From positions 1-64,000 of IMG/VR virus record IMGVR_UViG_3300045922_000167: 64,000 nt of DNA; one strand, given 5' to 3'. Of this stretch, positions 22,201 to 31,840 are shown in pieces. Made by a program: the position numbers and the translations under genes. The stretch comes from a virus. The number at the start of each line of letters is the position of its first letter. The first letter of the stretch is position 1. The notes beneath the pieces were generated by a model that was not told where the DNA came from, searched no databases, and was given only the letters and a program-made list of their open reading frames with translations.

Positions 22201-22879
22201 AATTTTCTGGATTAGTTTTAGTCGTTATTATTATATTTTGACTTGGATAGCTAAAATTAGTTGGTTCAAAATTATCATTAGCATATCTAACTATTACTCT
22301 ATAAGTACCAGATCTCAATTTACCATTCGTTTGTATAAAATCTTTATTTATAGAAATTTTAGGTAGTTTAAATGACTTTAGTAAATTTATCTGTGTTATG
22401 TTATCATACGTAGTATTTGTATTTATTCTTCTAGGAGGATTTGATCCATCTGTAAAATACAAATTAATTGAATAATCAAATTGTACTTCAGCTTCAATTT
22501 TATTTATGTATTTTTGAAAATTAAGTTCCGAATTTTCGTACAGTCCTTTTAAGTTAGTATAACCAGTTAATGTTTTATTTTCTTTAACTATATATTGATC
22601 TGGTATATCTTCATTTTTATAATAAGCTATACCTTGACGTTCTCCAGTATAAAATACAAATAAATAATTATCAAATGACTTTAATCCTATGATTTTACAT
22701 TTGTCAGGTACAGCAAACGATTTCGTTGTTCCCTGAATTTGATGCCATTGTAAAGATGAACCTTCTTTGGATTGGAAACGTGCGTTGGTACTTTCTCGCA
22801 TGTACCCTTGATCAAACCTCTTAAGGTCTGTATCATAGTCAATACCTTTCTCAAAACTTAATATATCTTTATTTTCCAT
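19268..22879 (-). CDS. Tail stabilization/muzzle protein (P22 gp10-like)
   Basis: 1203 aa, beta-rich; N-terminal FEKGIDYDTD...NAR, LYFTDGSNPPRRIN, FGTQHQWS and C-terminal RLRDTYL, consistent with crAss-like stabilization proteins; synteny. Confidence 0.8.
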   Translation of the reverse strand: MENKDILSFEKGIDYDTDLKRFDQGYMRESTNARFQSKEGSSLQWHQIQGTTKSFAVPDKCKIIGLKSFDNYLFVFYTGERQGIAYYKNEDIPDQYIVKENKTLTGYTNLKGLYENSELNFQKYINKIEAEVQFDYSINLYFTDGSNPPRRINTNTTYDNITQINLLKSFKLPKISINKDFIQTNGKLRSGTYRVIVRYANDNFEPTNFSYPSQNIIITTKTNPENWWEYDGGRPDSQTNKSFTVKLSELDQNYTYIQLGVIYYKTNVSIEYFLTDFIKITGFTQNVTITGDELSPTDRETLSLPFIAIESCKSLAIINNRLFLSNLKYKYNLIQKAKDVIKKSVITWKTTKFSYKEGFNSLSNEEFPLSGLKGIALSNKEYLQPYQNEYNIYNYVGYRRGKRYKFAIEFVFKDGSRSTLYELPGDGLNNDNSYTVPKNLVADFNPHNRTTSKAANESIEDFMLSRADTQNFYVISPELQINLFELSNEIQGFAFYRSEIIGEITNQACIFKFGRNAALAGLNYRDLIIVCPDELFLKNTNFSPDYKITQIHEAKTSYKGINAPIDSSSVALMASFNTLNYDLNNTLQVPKLIKRNRKESYYKYLLSVSSGEGKIGYILEYTDNYLIPYDQSIIELNLNSDIKSFPENTGNPQFISIIDISQNLTSNVDSYYFCEYVSIEELSETENWNYLFFSGDTYINKTFIRLLQSKQPGILEGGGGGKLLTIGGGTNRNYTGPVTINIGIVTENFYNTCLRFSEELETSDKYFPLDLSFSIPIGKTEEYLSNSAFMAKDVLNLPTVNKFETSEQLYSPSEIRYSRRKQIGSKSDSYTLFDPLSTSYTDLQYGEIVEIQNFKNQLFVAQRQALSVIPIDMPNAATNDAGISYKLGEFDVISSRPQYIDQKFGTQHQWSIVQSDQAIYGVDRKMTEIWRVGPNGFEILSLTKKIESFARHIMSYENVFKDYEIITGFDPLYNEVYFTFNGNANQDTLVFSENFNVFIGKYFLPEKAFQPTMYCSYMNDHYAVNSNGGLFADRSADPSNLYNTTIWKFNSGDLGNFWGFASVPSKIILVSNSLPTVVKVFNTLKMYVKFFDLDSQQTLNTLPKDDLFITFRTSSQKSDKLRLVEFLSQSDYTKEGFNFTHLVRNVQNVWHMYVPRESNKEAINGYNSRLRDTYLEIEIESYNTNNIRTFLNFLELTFNPAYR

Positions 22880-22917
22880 TAACGTGTTACTCAGTGAGTG
22901 GTGTGAAGACTTAAAAA

Positions 22918-23775
22918 CTAATTAAGCGTCCATCTGTCGTTAGATGTCGTATCAGAGTAACCATTTTCCCAATCGTTTCCTAATTGCACCATACGATTCC
23001 AAACACGTTTGAAATGTTCACGTTGATCAAACGTCATCATCTTATCGTCAGTTCTAGCTTTCTGTAATGCGCTGTACCAATCTTGCCTTAGAAAAGCTAA
23101 CACATCTGGTTTAATCTCACCTCGTATGAATTTAGCAAAGTTCATTTTGTAGATGACGTATTTAACGCATGCTTCTCTGTGCCATACGGTATTTGATATG
23201 AGTGGGTAACCTCTTTTATCTGTGGGTATTGCGTCATATATGAGCACCACACATCCTTCAGATACGTTTGTGTTGATAACGTTGTTGTGTATTGTGTAAA
23301 CATACTTTGAATATTGTGATTGTGATTGTACAAAAGCATTATTAAAATAAACAAAGTGACTTCCATTATAGTGCATCCTAGCCCAGCCTCCTAATACTTT
23401 CTGTTCTATCTTACCTATATCCCAAGATTCCATAGTATTACTGTACGGAGCACTAGTAAAAGGTTTTGTCATACGTAACGCTTGTTCCTCGTTGATTAGT
23501 TGATCCATTGTACTATTGAACGTTTCGCATAGACCATCTTGAACTGCATACCATAAACCTATAATATGATAAAAATCACAAGGTAGTAATACTTGGTAAT
23601 TAATAACAGGTAATTTTACTATCATTCTTCTTAGCCAAGATAAGCCACCTATTAGCTCTTCTGCTTCGCCTATCCATTCTATTATATGAGCCTCATCAAA
23701 CTTATCGCTAGATACGTGCTGTACGTCTCTTAAGTACTTTGCTATTAACTCTTCAACCGATATATATTGTGACAT
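22918..23775 (-). CDS. Tail tubular/ring protein (P22 gp4-like)
   Basis: IIEWIGEA...LPCDF...YDAIPTDKRGYPLI pattern; position directly upstream of the stabilization gene. Confidence 0.7.
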   Translation of the reverse strand: MSQYISVEELIAKYLRDVQHVSSDKFDEAHIIEWIGEAEELIGGLSWLRRMIVKLPVINYQVLLPCDFYHIIGLWYAVQDGLCETFNSTMDQLINEEQALRMTKPFTSAPYSNTMESWDIGKIEQKVLGGWARMHYNGSHFVYFNNAFVQSQSQYSKYVYTIHNNVINTNVSEGCVVLIYDAIPTDKRGYPLISNTVWHREACVKYVIYKMNFAKFIRGEIKPDVLAFLRQDWYSALQKARTDDKMMTFDQREHFKRVWNRMVQLGNDWENGYSDTTSNDRWTLN

Positions 23776-23836
23776 AGTACGTATGATTTTGATGTATTTA
23801 CGTATTGTTTTGTTTTGATTTTGTTTTACTTACGTA

Positions 23837-24367
23837 TTATTGTTTTGATTCTTCATTATTTTGTTCTTTCTGTTGCTTTCTAGCTAATCGTTCTGCTTTT
23901 CTTGCTTTTCTTTCTGCTATAATTTCTCTAATATCTGTTAACGTTTGTTTACAAGGCTTGCAGTCAAACGTACTATTTTCTTTTTGAGCATTCTTATATA
24001 TAGCTTTTAATAATCTATTACTTGGTACAAAAGAATGTAAATACGGTTGCAACAGTCCTTGTTTAAATATTCTTATTTTATAATACGTATTGTATGTTGG
24101 TATTAAAGCATTTTTATCTTTTACTATTACTTTACATACGTAAATCCTACCAACTCTGTATACGTTAATATGATCACCAGATAATAGTATTTCTCTTAAA
24201 TTAGCGTAGTAATCAGTTAAGATTATTGATGCTTGTTTAGGTGTTAAATCAAGACTATGTAGAAACTTTTTGTGGCTTTTAATAAACTTCTTTGTAGTAA
24301 CATTTCCTTTAATAATATGATCTGTACTACCTTTAGGTATGCTATATGCTGGCTTTTTACTACTCAT
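23837..24367 (-). CDS. HU/IHF-like basic DNA-binding protein
   Basis: Highly basic; ILTDYYANLREILLSGDHINVYRVGRIYV is HU-like; crAss-type synteny next to the tubular gene. Confidence 0.55.
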   Translation of the reverse strand: MSSKKPAYSIPKGSTDHIIKGNVTTKKFIKSHKKFLHSLDLTPKQASIILTDYYANLREILLSGDHINVYRVGRIYVCKVIVKDKNALIPTYNTYYKIRIFKQGLLQPYLHSFVPSNRLLKAIYKNAQKENSTFDCKPCKQTLTDIREIIAERKARKAERLARKQQKEQNNEESKQ

Positions 24368-24407
24368 ACTAACTCTTTATATTATTAGGTAACATTTATA
24401 TTACTAT

Positions 24408-25118
24408 TTAGCTTTTTACATTACTAGACTGTTGTCGTGTAGCATGTGCGTCATTAGATTCATCAGATAATCCACTTGTATTTATCGCTATCTGTAGTTC
24501 AGTCTTAAGTATCATTTCTGTAAGAACTTGTACTAAATCTGGAGGAATAGGATAATCTTGTTCATCGCTATAACATACAGTATTAGATACACAATTTGTA
24601 TAATCTTTAGCTGAATCTGGGGAAGCTAATAATCCTTGAATATTTACATATTCAAACGTATCTCCAGGTTCTAATACAAAATACAATTGATTACCTATTT
24701 GGTATGCGTATCTATTAAACTTAGCGTACTTATGATATTTTCTATATTTAGACGATAGCGCAGATACAATAGGAATAGCTGTTATTTTATCCGTAAGTCC
24801 TAAAAAAGTAATACCGTTACTTGAGCGTAAATCAATAAATAACGGTAAAGGTTTTTTTAATTTTTTTATTGTATATCCTGAATACGGTACTTCGCAACAT
24901 TCCGCATGATCCGCACAAACTATCGGTACGCAACCTAAGTCTTGTATGTAATAGTCATTTACTTGATTATATTTTTGAAAGTATTCTTTAATCAACCTAG
25001 CACGATAGTAGTCAATCCAGAAATTTATTTGATTAATAGATAACATCATATCATCAGAAGTCATTCCACCCCCAACAGCGATATTTCTAATATTATATGC
25101 AATTTCTGATTTAGTCAT
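24408..25118 (-). CDS. Tail ring/head-tail connector protein
   Basis: INFWIDYYRARLIK...DYPIPPDL pattern seen in crAss-like ring proteins; synteny. Confidence 0.6.
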   Translation of the reverse strand: MTKSEIAYNIRNIAVGGGMTSDDMMLSINQINFWIDYYRARLIKEYFQKYNQVNDYYIQDLGCVPIVCADHAECCEVPYSGYTIKKLKKPLPLFIDLRSSNGITFLGLTDKITAIPIVSALSSKYRKYHKYAKFNRYAYQIGNQLYFVLEPGDTFEYVNIQGLLASPDSAKDYTNCVSNTVCYSDEQDYPIPPDLVQVLTEMILKTELQIAINTSGLSDESNDAHATRQQSSNVKS

Positions 25119-25122
25119 ATCT

Positions 25123-25130
25123 CAAATATA
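25123..25130 (-). promoter_or_regulatory. Bacteroidota sigma70-type -7 box TATATTTG, 4 nt before ATG
   Basis: Matches TAnnTTTG; lies downstream of a terminator; same spacing as the box at 37245-37252. Confidence 0.4.
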
Positions 25131-25145
25131 CAAAGAAAATAATAT

Positions 25146-25176
25146 ACAAATAAAATGGGGAGTATTAAACTCCCCA
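25146..25176 (-). terminator. Intrinsic terminator
   Basis: TGGGGAGT/ACTCCCCA stem followed by a T-rich tract on the minus strand, after the 613-aa gene. Confidence 0.75.
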
Positions 25177-25212
25177 CCAATTAATCAAACACAACAAAAC
25201 AAAGATATTTTG

Positions 25213-27054
25213 TTACCAAGGCATTGTATCAGCAGCTGCACTTGGTTTTACTTGATTTACTAAACGGTAGAAAGCTGTTAATACAGGTTCGTCATTAACA
25301 ACTGCTGGTAAATTCGCAGGATCGTAAATTGAACCACTTGTGTTAACACTTATTTCGGGACGAAGGCTATTACCTGCAACATAGCTACCTGTATTGTACC
25401 AATCAGGACTAATAGGATTTACCATTGCTGCGTAGGTAGGTGTATTATTAACTAACACATTACCAGCACCGTTAGCTGGATAAGTCATACCAGAATACAA
25501 CGTACCACTTAAAGTAGGAGCTAACGCATTTGTATCGTAAGCTGCGTCTACAACGTCAACAATACTTGGGTTACCGTAAGGACCACCATACACATTACCA
25601 GTAGGTGTAGGATTTAATAAAGTAGGGTCAGTTCCATTAAGTTGTTCTTGAGTCTCAACTGCAATACATGCTAATTGACTCTTAATTTGAGTACGTTGGT
25701 CTGTACCCATCCATCCATCTACATCATATTCAATATAGTGTAAACGATATGCCGTTGGGTAAACACAATCTACAAATGAATTACGAGTACCTAAAAATAC
25801 TTCAGATGGAGAAGGATTAGCAAACTTAGTATAATGACGCCATACAGGATCACCTACTTGCCATGGGCCATTCTTGTACAAATCACGACCTATATTTTGA
25901 TATTCTTGCTCAAGTTTAGCTACTTCAATAGCTTCACCCTCTGGGCCTATCGCAGCAGGAATATTAACTACCGTAGGTTGATGACCACCAGCAATAAATC
26001 CTTTATCTAAGTAAACACTTACGTTATATAACGGGCTACGTCCAACAATTTGTAATTGATTGTTAATAGGAATAGGATTATCAGTTGTTGCAGTTGCACG
26101 ATCTGGAATAACCACAGGATCCATAATGAATTGCATTACATCCTTGTTATTCTTAATCATTGCAGCTAACTGTACTAAAATGTCGTAAGTGGAGTAACCA
26201 GCTGGAATAACTGCTGGAGTTTTTACTGTAAACGGTACACCATTATGATGATGGTGAGTAAATTGACCATCATGTGAACTCCAAGACGGAATATTAATAA
26301 AGATGGTGTACTCTGTGTTCGCTGGTATAGTAGCACCTATTGGATTTAAAGGAATACCACGAGTTTGTGCTGTACCAGGTGCGTTATTAAGCGGAATTAC
26401 ACCATTAACTCCATTTAATGGGTTAATGGCATTCGGTGCTGTACCTACAATACAAACTGCTGGGTAACGTGGGTTTACGTTAGTACCGTAGCTAATACCA
26501 GTAGTACCGTAAAATTGATGAGCTAAAGCTAATTCTAATCTTGGGTCAATCCAACCTCTACGTGTAGGTGTAGTAAATAAAGGTGGGGGGATAGGTATTA
26601 CACGTAAAGGATTAGAAACGTTAGGAGCTGTGTTAGCACCAGTAGTTGAAATAGTACCTGAATTAGGCCAAAATAAAGGCGTATGGTGTACGGAATAAAT
26701 ACGCTTTATTCTTTGAATAGGAATTGGTCGTAAAGCTTTCTTAAACCCAACTCCATGTAATCCACTTCCGTTTGTATTGTTATTTACATAGGCACCACGA
26801 CCTATGATTACGGACTGTGGAATTCTACCACCTAACAAGTGCGTACCCTGCTGGAAAACACCAGGTAAAGTCCCTGGAGACGCACTAAGATCTAATGGGG
26901 CAGGAGCAGCAATAGTACCAGCACCATCTTCAATGATAGTGTTATTTAATTTATCTGGAGATAGTGCAGCAAGTGCAGCTACACCTGGTTTGCTAAGTTG
27001 ATCTTCAACGTTTACTACAAGAAGATCTAAATACCGTTCTGGTTTGTAAGACAT
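25213..27054 (-). CDS. Putative auxiliary capsid/decoration protein
   Basis: 613 aa, Pro/Gly/Asn/Thr-rich, in the capsid operon and followed by a terminator. Confidence 0.45.
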   Translation of the reverse strand: MSYKPERYLDLLVVNVEDQLSKPGVAALAALSPDKLNNTIIEDGAGTIAAPAPLDLSASPGTLPGVFQQGTHLLGGRIPQSVIIGRGAYVNNNTNGSGLHGVGFKKALRPIPIQRIKRIYSVHHTPLFWPNSGTISTTGANTAPNVSNPLRVIPIPPPLFTTPTRRGWIDPRLELALAHQFYGTTGISYGTNVNPRYPAVCIVGTAPNAINPLNGVNGVIPLNNAPGTAQTRGIPLNPIGATIPANTEYTIFINIPSWSSHDGQFTHHHHNGVPFTVKTPAVIPAGYSTYDILVQLAAMIKNNKDVMQFIMDPVVIPDRATATTDNPIPINNQLQIVGRSPLYNVSVYLDKGFIAGGHQPTVVNIPAAIGPEGEAIEVAKLEQEYQNIGRDLYKNGPWQVGDPVWRHYTKFANPSPSEVFLGTRNSFVDCVYPTAYRLHYIEYDVDGWMGTDQRTQIKSQLACIAVETQEQLNGTDPTLLNPTPTGNVYGGPYGNPSIVDVVDAAYDTNALAPTLSGTLYSGMTYPANGAGNVLVNNTPTYAAMVNPISPDWYNTGSYVAGNSLRPEISVNTSGSIYDPANLPAVVNDEPVLTAFYRLVNQVKPSAAADTMPW

Positions 27055-27141
27055 AATGTTATAAGTTATTTATTGTTTAGACGTTATTTATTGTTTAGTT
27101 ACTAAAAGTTTTTCTGTACTCTTACACTTCACTGAGAGATA

Positions 27142-27864
27142 CTACTCATTCAAAGCGTAATCTAATTGAGCAAAAGATTGAGTTCTTGGGTTTTGTATGT
27201 ATTCTAATAATTTCAACGTAGCTGTATTAACAATTTCTTGATGTAGATGATCTGGTAATTCACAGTCTTTACTTTCTATTAAACTAATACGATTAGGATA
27301 TCTTAAATAAGTAAAATAGTAAGTTAAAGAATTAAAAACACTTAAAGGATCTTTACCAAAATACATTTCTACAAATTCTTCAGAAAATAACAACTTTGGT
27401 TCTTTAGGAGTAGGCTTCCAAAAAGGATCACTCATTAAAGTAGCAAAGTCATCATGTTGCGTTTGTCTAGGCCAAATACTATAAAACTTTCCTATACAAT
27501 TTTTATCTTCTACAACAAAATAACTTTTTAAGTAAAACATATATCGTTCAGATAATCTTGAATTATCTGATTTTAACACGTATTTACCTAAAGCTACGTT
27601 AGATTCATCTTTAATAAACTTATCAAATGGTATTACATCAGTTACAACTAATGTACGTAGGTCATCAGTTCTTTTCTGATTTTGTTCAAATCCTTTTTTA
27701 TTAGTATTTGGATTACCATTATAATAAGTTTTAACTACAGTTAATTGAGAATCTGTAAGTATATCGTCTAATTCTTTTGTTTGAAAAGACGGCACTTGAA
27801 AACTAGATACGTTATCAAGTTTTAATCGTAATAAATTGTGCATTTCAAGTGCCGTCATTTTCAA
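27142..27864 (-). CDS. Head-tail ring/adaptor protein
   Basis: GFEQNQKRTDDLRTLV and YLRYP...CELPDHLHQEIV motifs typical of crAss-like neck ring proteins. Confidence 0.7.
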   Translation of the reverse strand: MKMTALEMHNLLRLKLDNVSSFQVPSFQTKELDDILTDSQLTVVKTYYNGNPNTNKKGFEQNQKRTDDLRTLVVTDVIPFDKFIKDESNVALGKYVLKSDNSRLSERYMFYLKSYFVVEDKNCIGKFYSIWPRQTQHDDFATLMSDPFWKPTPKEPKLLFSEEFVEMYFGKDPLSVFNSLTYYFTYLRYPNRISLIESKDCELPDHLHQEIVNTATLKLLEYIQNPRTQSFAQLDYALNE

Positions 27865-28833
27865 TTAAAAATTAGATAGTTTATTGGCTTCTAACTCTTT
27901 TTTCCAATTATCTACATAAGTAGCATTATTCGGATTACGAATAAACTTAATTAATTCCTCTTCGTTTACGAATCTACGTTCCGAATTAGAATGTTTAATT
28001 TCTCCATCTATTCGTATAAATACGTTATAAAAGAACAATTCAGCTAACAATATTTTATTATCTAAATTTGGATCATTTAGTAACTTTTCTATTTGGAGCA
28101 TGTTGGTATCAACTTGCGTATAGAAAAATTGACGTAATTGATCTGGTTCTAATTCTAATACATTCATTTCCATTACAATACCCAGTCGTTTAATTTCTGA
28201 GTCTGTAAAGTTTTTAATTCTGTACTTCAATTCAATCTTAGTTTCTTCTCGATAAAGTTGTTTAGTTACTACAGCTTTTTCATCTACGACTTTAAATCGT
28301 ACATTTTGAGAAAGCATGTCAGCATCAACTTCATCTTCAATAAAAGCAACTAAAGGACTATATTTAAGCAACAAATATTTAATTACACTTTCTGGATCAC
28401 TTTCAGTTACGTACAAATCAACTCCGTTATTCTCTATATTCCAATAGTATGGTGTTTTATCTAAATCTTTAGATTTGTACTTAGTAAAAAATACATAAGG
28501 TTCAGATTCATTATATCTTTCTTTTATGTAGTTTTTAACTATAGGATACAATGGATCTCGTTCCATAGCTAAGTACATACCATTATTACCAGGCGCTAAC
28601 GAAGCCGTAATAGTACAGTATCCTATGAACTTATTAGATACTGGACGTACTTTCAACAATTTATTAAAAGGGTTATTTATTATAGAAGTGATTCGTTCGC
28701 TTGCGGGTCGTAATCCTTGTTCAGCGATACTATCTCTTAATGTAATTGTAGCTTCATTAAACGGTGCATGTTGTACGTCTTCAGACGAAACAGTTTGGGT
28801 GTAAGCTGGTGCTGTAAACGTTGATTTAGCCAT
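27865..28833 (-). CDS. Conserved protein downstream of the MCP (unknown function)
   Basis: 322-aa ORF; synteny. Confidence 0.55.
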   Translation of the reverse strand: MAKSTFTAPAYTQTVSSEDVQHAPFNEATITLRDSIAEQGLRPASERITSIINNPFNKLLKVRPVSNKFIGYCTITASLAPGNNGMYLAMERDPLYPIVKNYIKERYNESEPYVFFTKYKSKDLDKTPYYWNIENNGVDLYVTESDPESVIKYLLLKYSPLVAFIEDEVDADMLSQNVRFKVVDEKAVVTKQLYREETKIELKYRIKNFTDSEIKRLGIVMEMNVLELEPDQLRQFFYTQVDTNMLQIEKLLNDPNLDNKILLAELFFYNVFIRIDGEIKHSNSERRFVNEEELIKFIRNPNNATYVDNWKKELEANKLSNF

Positions 28834-28865
28834 ATGCGTGTTTAATTAATTAGTTCTTTGTTTTG

Positions 28866-30368
28866 TTAATAGTAAATAGATGGTAAAATCATACCAGATG
28901 TGTATGGTTGACGCAACACTAACATAGATTCAGTCAAGTGGTGTATTTCCCAACCGTCAACTGAATGTGCAGCGTATGGTAATGCACTCTTACCACGTGG
29001 TTGGTCCATACCTGGAATATAACGTACTATATGTGCTGCATTCTTTTCGTTATCACCACGAGTATACACTTGAAGGTTAGATAAACCATTACTTAATGGA
29101 GAAGTATCTAAGATAATACCACGATAAGATTCTAATGTTTTACCTGTACGTGGGTGACGTGAATGACCAAACTTAAGTACATTACTCCACATCCAGTTTA
29201 CTTGGAGTTTTAGTTTACAGCCAAATAAACCATGAAATTCCATGTACTCAGCGTAGTCATAAGAATACTTGTTATCTCCTTTATCTTTAGAGAACTGGTT
29301 AAAGTTCAATTTATTTGCAATGACATACCCACGTATAGCATTTACAATTTCTTTGTATAATTCTACACCGCAAATTAAAGTCATTTCACGACCATCGTTA
29401 GTTTCTGAGTTAGCTAACATAGCGTAAACCATGTCTTGTAACCACTCTACGCTAACCATATTTGAACCAGGTACATAATTGATAATCGTAGAATATTTTA
29501 ACTGTTCGATAAGACCAGAACCCATACGTACTGGACGTCCGTCTACGTCATATAAGTGAGTAGAGCCAGTAGCGTCCATTGAAGACTGACCGTACAAATA
29601 AGCTAATTCAAGCATTTCACGCCATTGGATATCAAACTGGCGCATAGCTTCATATTCCCAAAAACGTTTACTACCACTTTGACCTTTGAATTCAAGTACG
29701 GTTACTTGCATGTCAGCACTACGAGACATACCACGTGCCATACGCATGATAGTAAAGTAGTTCTCAAACGCAGTTGGGTATTGTACGTAGCTGTAACCTT
29801 TGTCAGATAATTCTGGATTAGAGTTGTAGAGTAGCGAAAACTCCGCACCAGGCTGCATATCAAATACTGGGTGAAGACCTTCATTCTTCTTCAGCATTTG
29901 AGCTTTGTAAATGTATTTATTACCACTGCGTTCAGGTTCGCCATAGATGCGGAATTGTCTCTGCATAGGCGACTGAACAATCTGATTTGGCTTAAAGTAA
30001 TTGTCTTCAAAAGCAATTTCAAATATCTGACCACCAAATCCGTTAGAGCTAGCGTTAAGTACGCTATTACCATTTGTAGCACGTACGGGTAAAGAAGTAC
30101 TACGTACCAAACGACCTAATGGACCTTGAATGAACCATTGTACGCGGTCGTTATTGATTAACGTACCTTTACCTAATGAAGCAGCTCCAGATACTTTGTT
30201 TTTACCAATTGTTAACCCAGTAAGTGGGAATTTGTTTTGGTACATGTACGCCAAAACAGTGTTGATTTCAGGCGCTTTCATCAAATGCGCCGATAAGTGT
30301 TTGTCTTCAGTAAAGTTATCGGTCCATTGAGCGGTACCTACAATCTTACTTTCCATTACATTACTCAT
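28866..30368 (-). CDS. Major capsid protein
   Basis: 500 aa, order portal-scaffold-MCP; FTEDKHL, ENYFTIMR, GSGLIEQL and SVDGWEIHHL resemble crAss-like MCP. Confidence 0.85.
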   Translation of the reverse strand: MSNVMESKIVGTAQWTDNFTEDKHLSAHLMKAPEINTVLAYMYQNKFPLTGLTIGKNKVSGAASLGKGTLINNDRVQWFIQGPLGRLVRSTSLPVRATNGNSVLNASSNGFGGQIFEIAFEDNYFKPNQIVQSPMQRQFRIYGEPERSGNKYIYKAQMLKKNEGLHPVFDMQPGAEFSLLYNSNPELSDKGYSYVQYPTAFENYFTIMRMARGMSRSADMQVTVLEFKGQSGSKRFWEYEAMRQFDIQWREMLELAYLYGQSSMDATGSTHLYDVDGRPVRMGSGLIEQLKYSTIINYVPGSNMVSVEWLQDMVYAMLANSETNDGREMTLICGVELYKEIVNAIRGYVIANKLNFNQFSKDKGDNKYSYDYAEYMEFHGLFGCKLKLQVNWMWSNVLKFGHSRHPRTGKTLESYRGIILDTSPLSNGLSNLQVYTRGDNEKNAAHIVRYIPGMDQPRGKSALPYAAHSVDGWEIHHLTESMLVLRQPYTSGMILPSIYY

Positions 30369-30384
30369 AGTTATTGTAGTTTAT

Positions 30385-31551
30385 TTAAAGTGTTATATCG
30401 TTTTTATTACTTAGTTTAAGAGGTGCAAAAAACATATCAACTTCATCTACTTCCATACTTTTTAGATTAGTAGGACGATTGGATGATTTATCTGCGTATT
30501 TACCTAAATTAGATATTGATCTAAACATTTCTTTTTTAGTATTTGTCGTTGCAGACTTAGTTAAATCTTTTTTAAGTTTTTCTATATCCCAATTGTATTT
30601 AGCGCCAATCATACTAATAAAAGCTACTTTTGTAGGATCAGACATATCTATATCTATCATACTCTCACCTTCTTCATTAACTGGTTCAAATACGTATCTG
30701 TAGATATTTTCAGCATCTACTTTTGATACGCTTAATCCGTTAATAGCTTTTACTGCATTTAAAGAATTCCAAAAGTTTGTTTGAAAATTTTTAGTTCTTT
30801 CTTCAAACTCACGTAATTGAGTCTGACGTTGTCTTTCAATTTCATTTATTCTTTCAGCTTCCGCAGCAGCATACTGTTGACGTATTCTTTCTGCTTGTCG
30901 TTCAAGTAATCCCTGTTCGTCTTGAACAGCTATCATAGTTTCAATTTCTTCAGGTGTAATTCCAGGTTGAGTTTGCGCTAACCACATACCATAAACTTCT
31001 GCATCACTATAATTCTGAAGCGTATTAGTAGCATTTTGCAAACTCATTATAAACTCTTCTTCACTACCACCATTACGTACAAATTGTTCCATTCGTTGCG
31101 CTAAAGAAGAAGCATATCTAGGTGTAGCACTTGTTTCTATAATAGAATCTAAAACTTTGAATATACCTTCTTCATCTCTAATCATGCTTTCATAGTTATC
31201 ATCGTCTATTTGAAGACCATAACGTTCCATGATTGCAGGTATAAAAGTTTTATTAGCTATTACATAATCTTCTTCTTCTACTTCGTTATTATTATTTTTA
31301 GATGAATATGAGTACTCAGTGGTTGATGAAGAGCTTAAAAAATTTTTAGATTTTTCTACTTCTCGTTCTTTCTTTTCATTTTCATCCTCATCTTCATCAT
31401 CTAAACGAATATTATCTAATTTAGGAATTGGTTTACTAGGCGTAAATTCATCATCGTCTACTTCTAATAAATCTGCGCCTTGTTTTTGCGTTAAAGGGGC
31501 AAAGAAATCATCATCTTGCTCTTCAACATTATTTTGTACTAATCTTGCCAT
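30385..31551 (-). CDS. Putative scaffolding/assembly protein
   Basis: Acidic disordered N-terminus, coiled coil, located between portal and MCP. Confidence 0.6.
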   Translation of the reverse strand: MARLVQNNVEEQDDDFFAPLTQKQGADLLEVDDDEFTPSKPIPKLDNIRLDDEDEDENEKKEREVEKSKNFLSSSSTTEYSYSSKNNNNEVEEEDYVIANKTFIPAIMERYGLQIDDDNYESMIRDEEGIFKVLDSIIETSATPRYASSLAQRMEQFVRNGGSEEEFIMSLQNATNTLQNYSDAEVYGMWLAQTQPGITPEEIETMIAVQDEQGLLERQAERIRQQYAAAEAERINEIERQRQTQLREFEERTKNFQTNFWNSLNAVKAINGLSVSKVDAENIYRYVFEPVNEEGESMIDIDMSDPTKVAFISMIGAKYNWDIEKLKKDLTKSATTNTKKEMFRSISNLGKYADKSSNRPTNLKSMEVDEVDMFFAPLKLSNKNDITL

Positions 31552-31576
31552 GTTTGTGTTTGTTAATTGTTGTTAA

Positions 31577-31804
31577 TTAAAATCGTAATCCACGCTTAGC
31601 TTTTAATCTAGCATTAAACGTTCTTGATAACTCAGAACGAATATAACCACCTGTACGCATTTGAGGTGGAGCTTGTTCGATAGGAGCACCTTGTTGCATT
31701 CCACCTTGTTGGTGCATTTGTAATACTTGGCTAGCTGCTTGTATTAACATTTGTAATTCTTCAGGCGACATTTGTTGTAACGCCTGCATCATTTGTTCTT
31801 CCAT
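31577..31804 (-). CDS. Small Gln/Met-rich protein with basic tail
   Basis: 75-aa ORF with A-rich leader, in operon; MRTGGYI motif. Confidence 0.55.
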   Translation of the reverse strand: MEEQMMQALQQMSPEELQMLIQAASQVLQMHQQGGMQQGAPIEQAPPQMRTGGYIRSELSRTFNARLKAKRGLRF

Positions 31805-31840
31805 TTTACGAGTTAATTATGGTAATTTAATTCTGCTAAA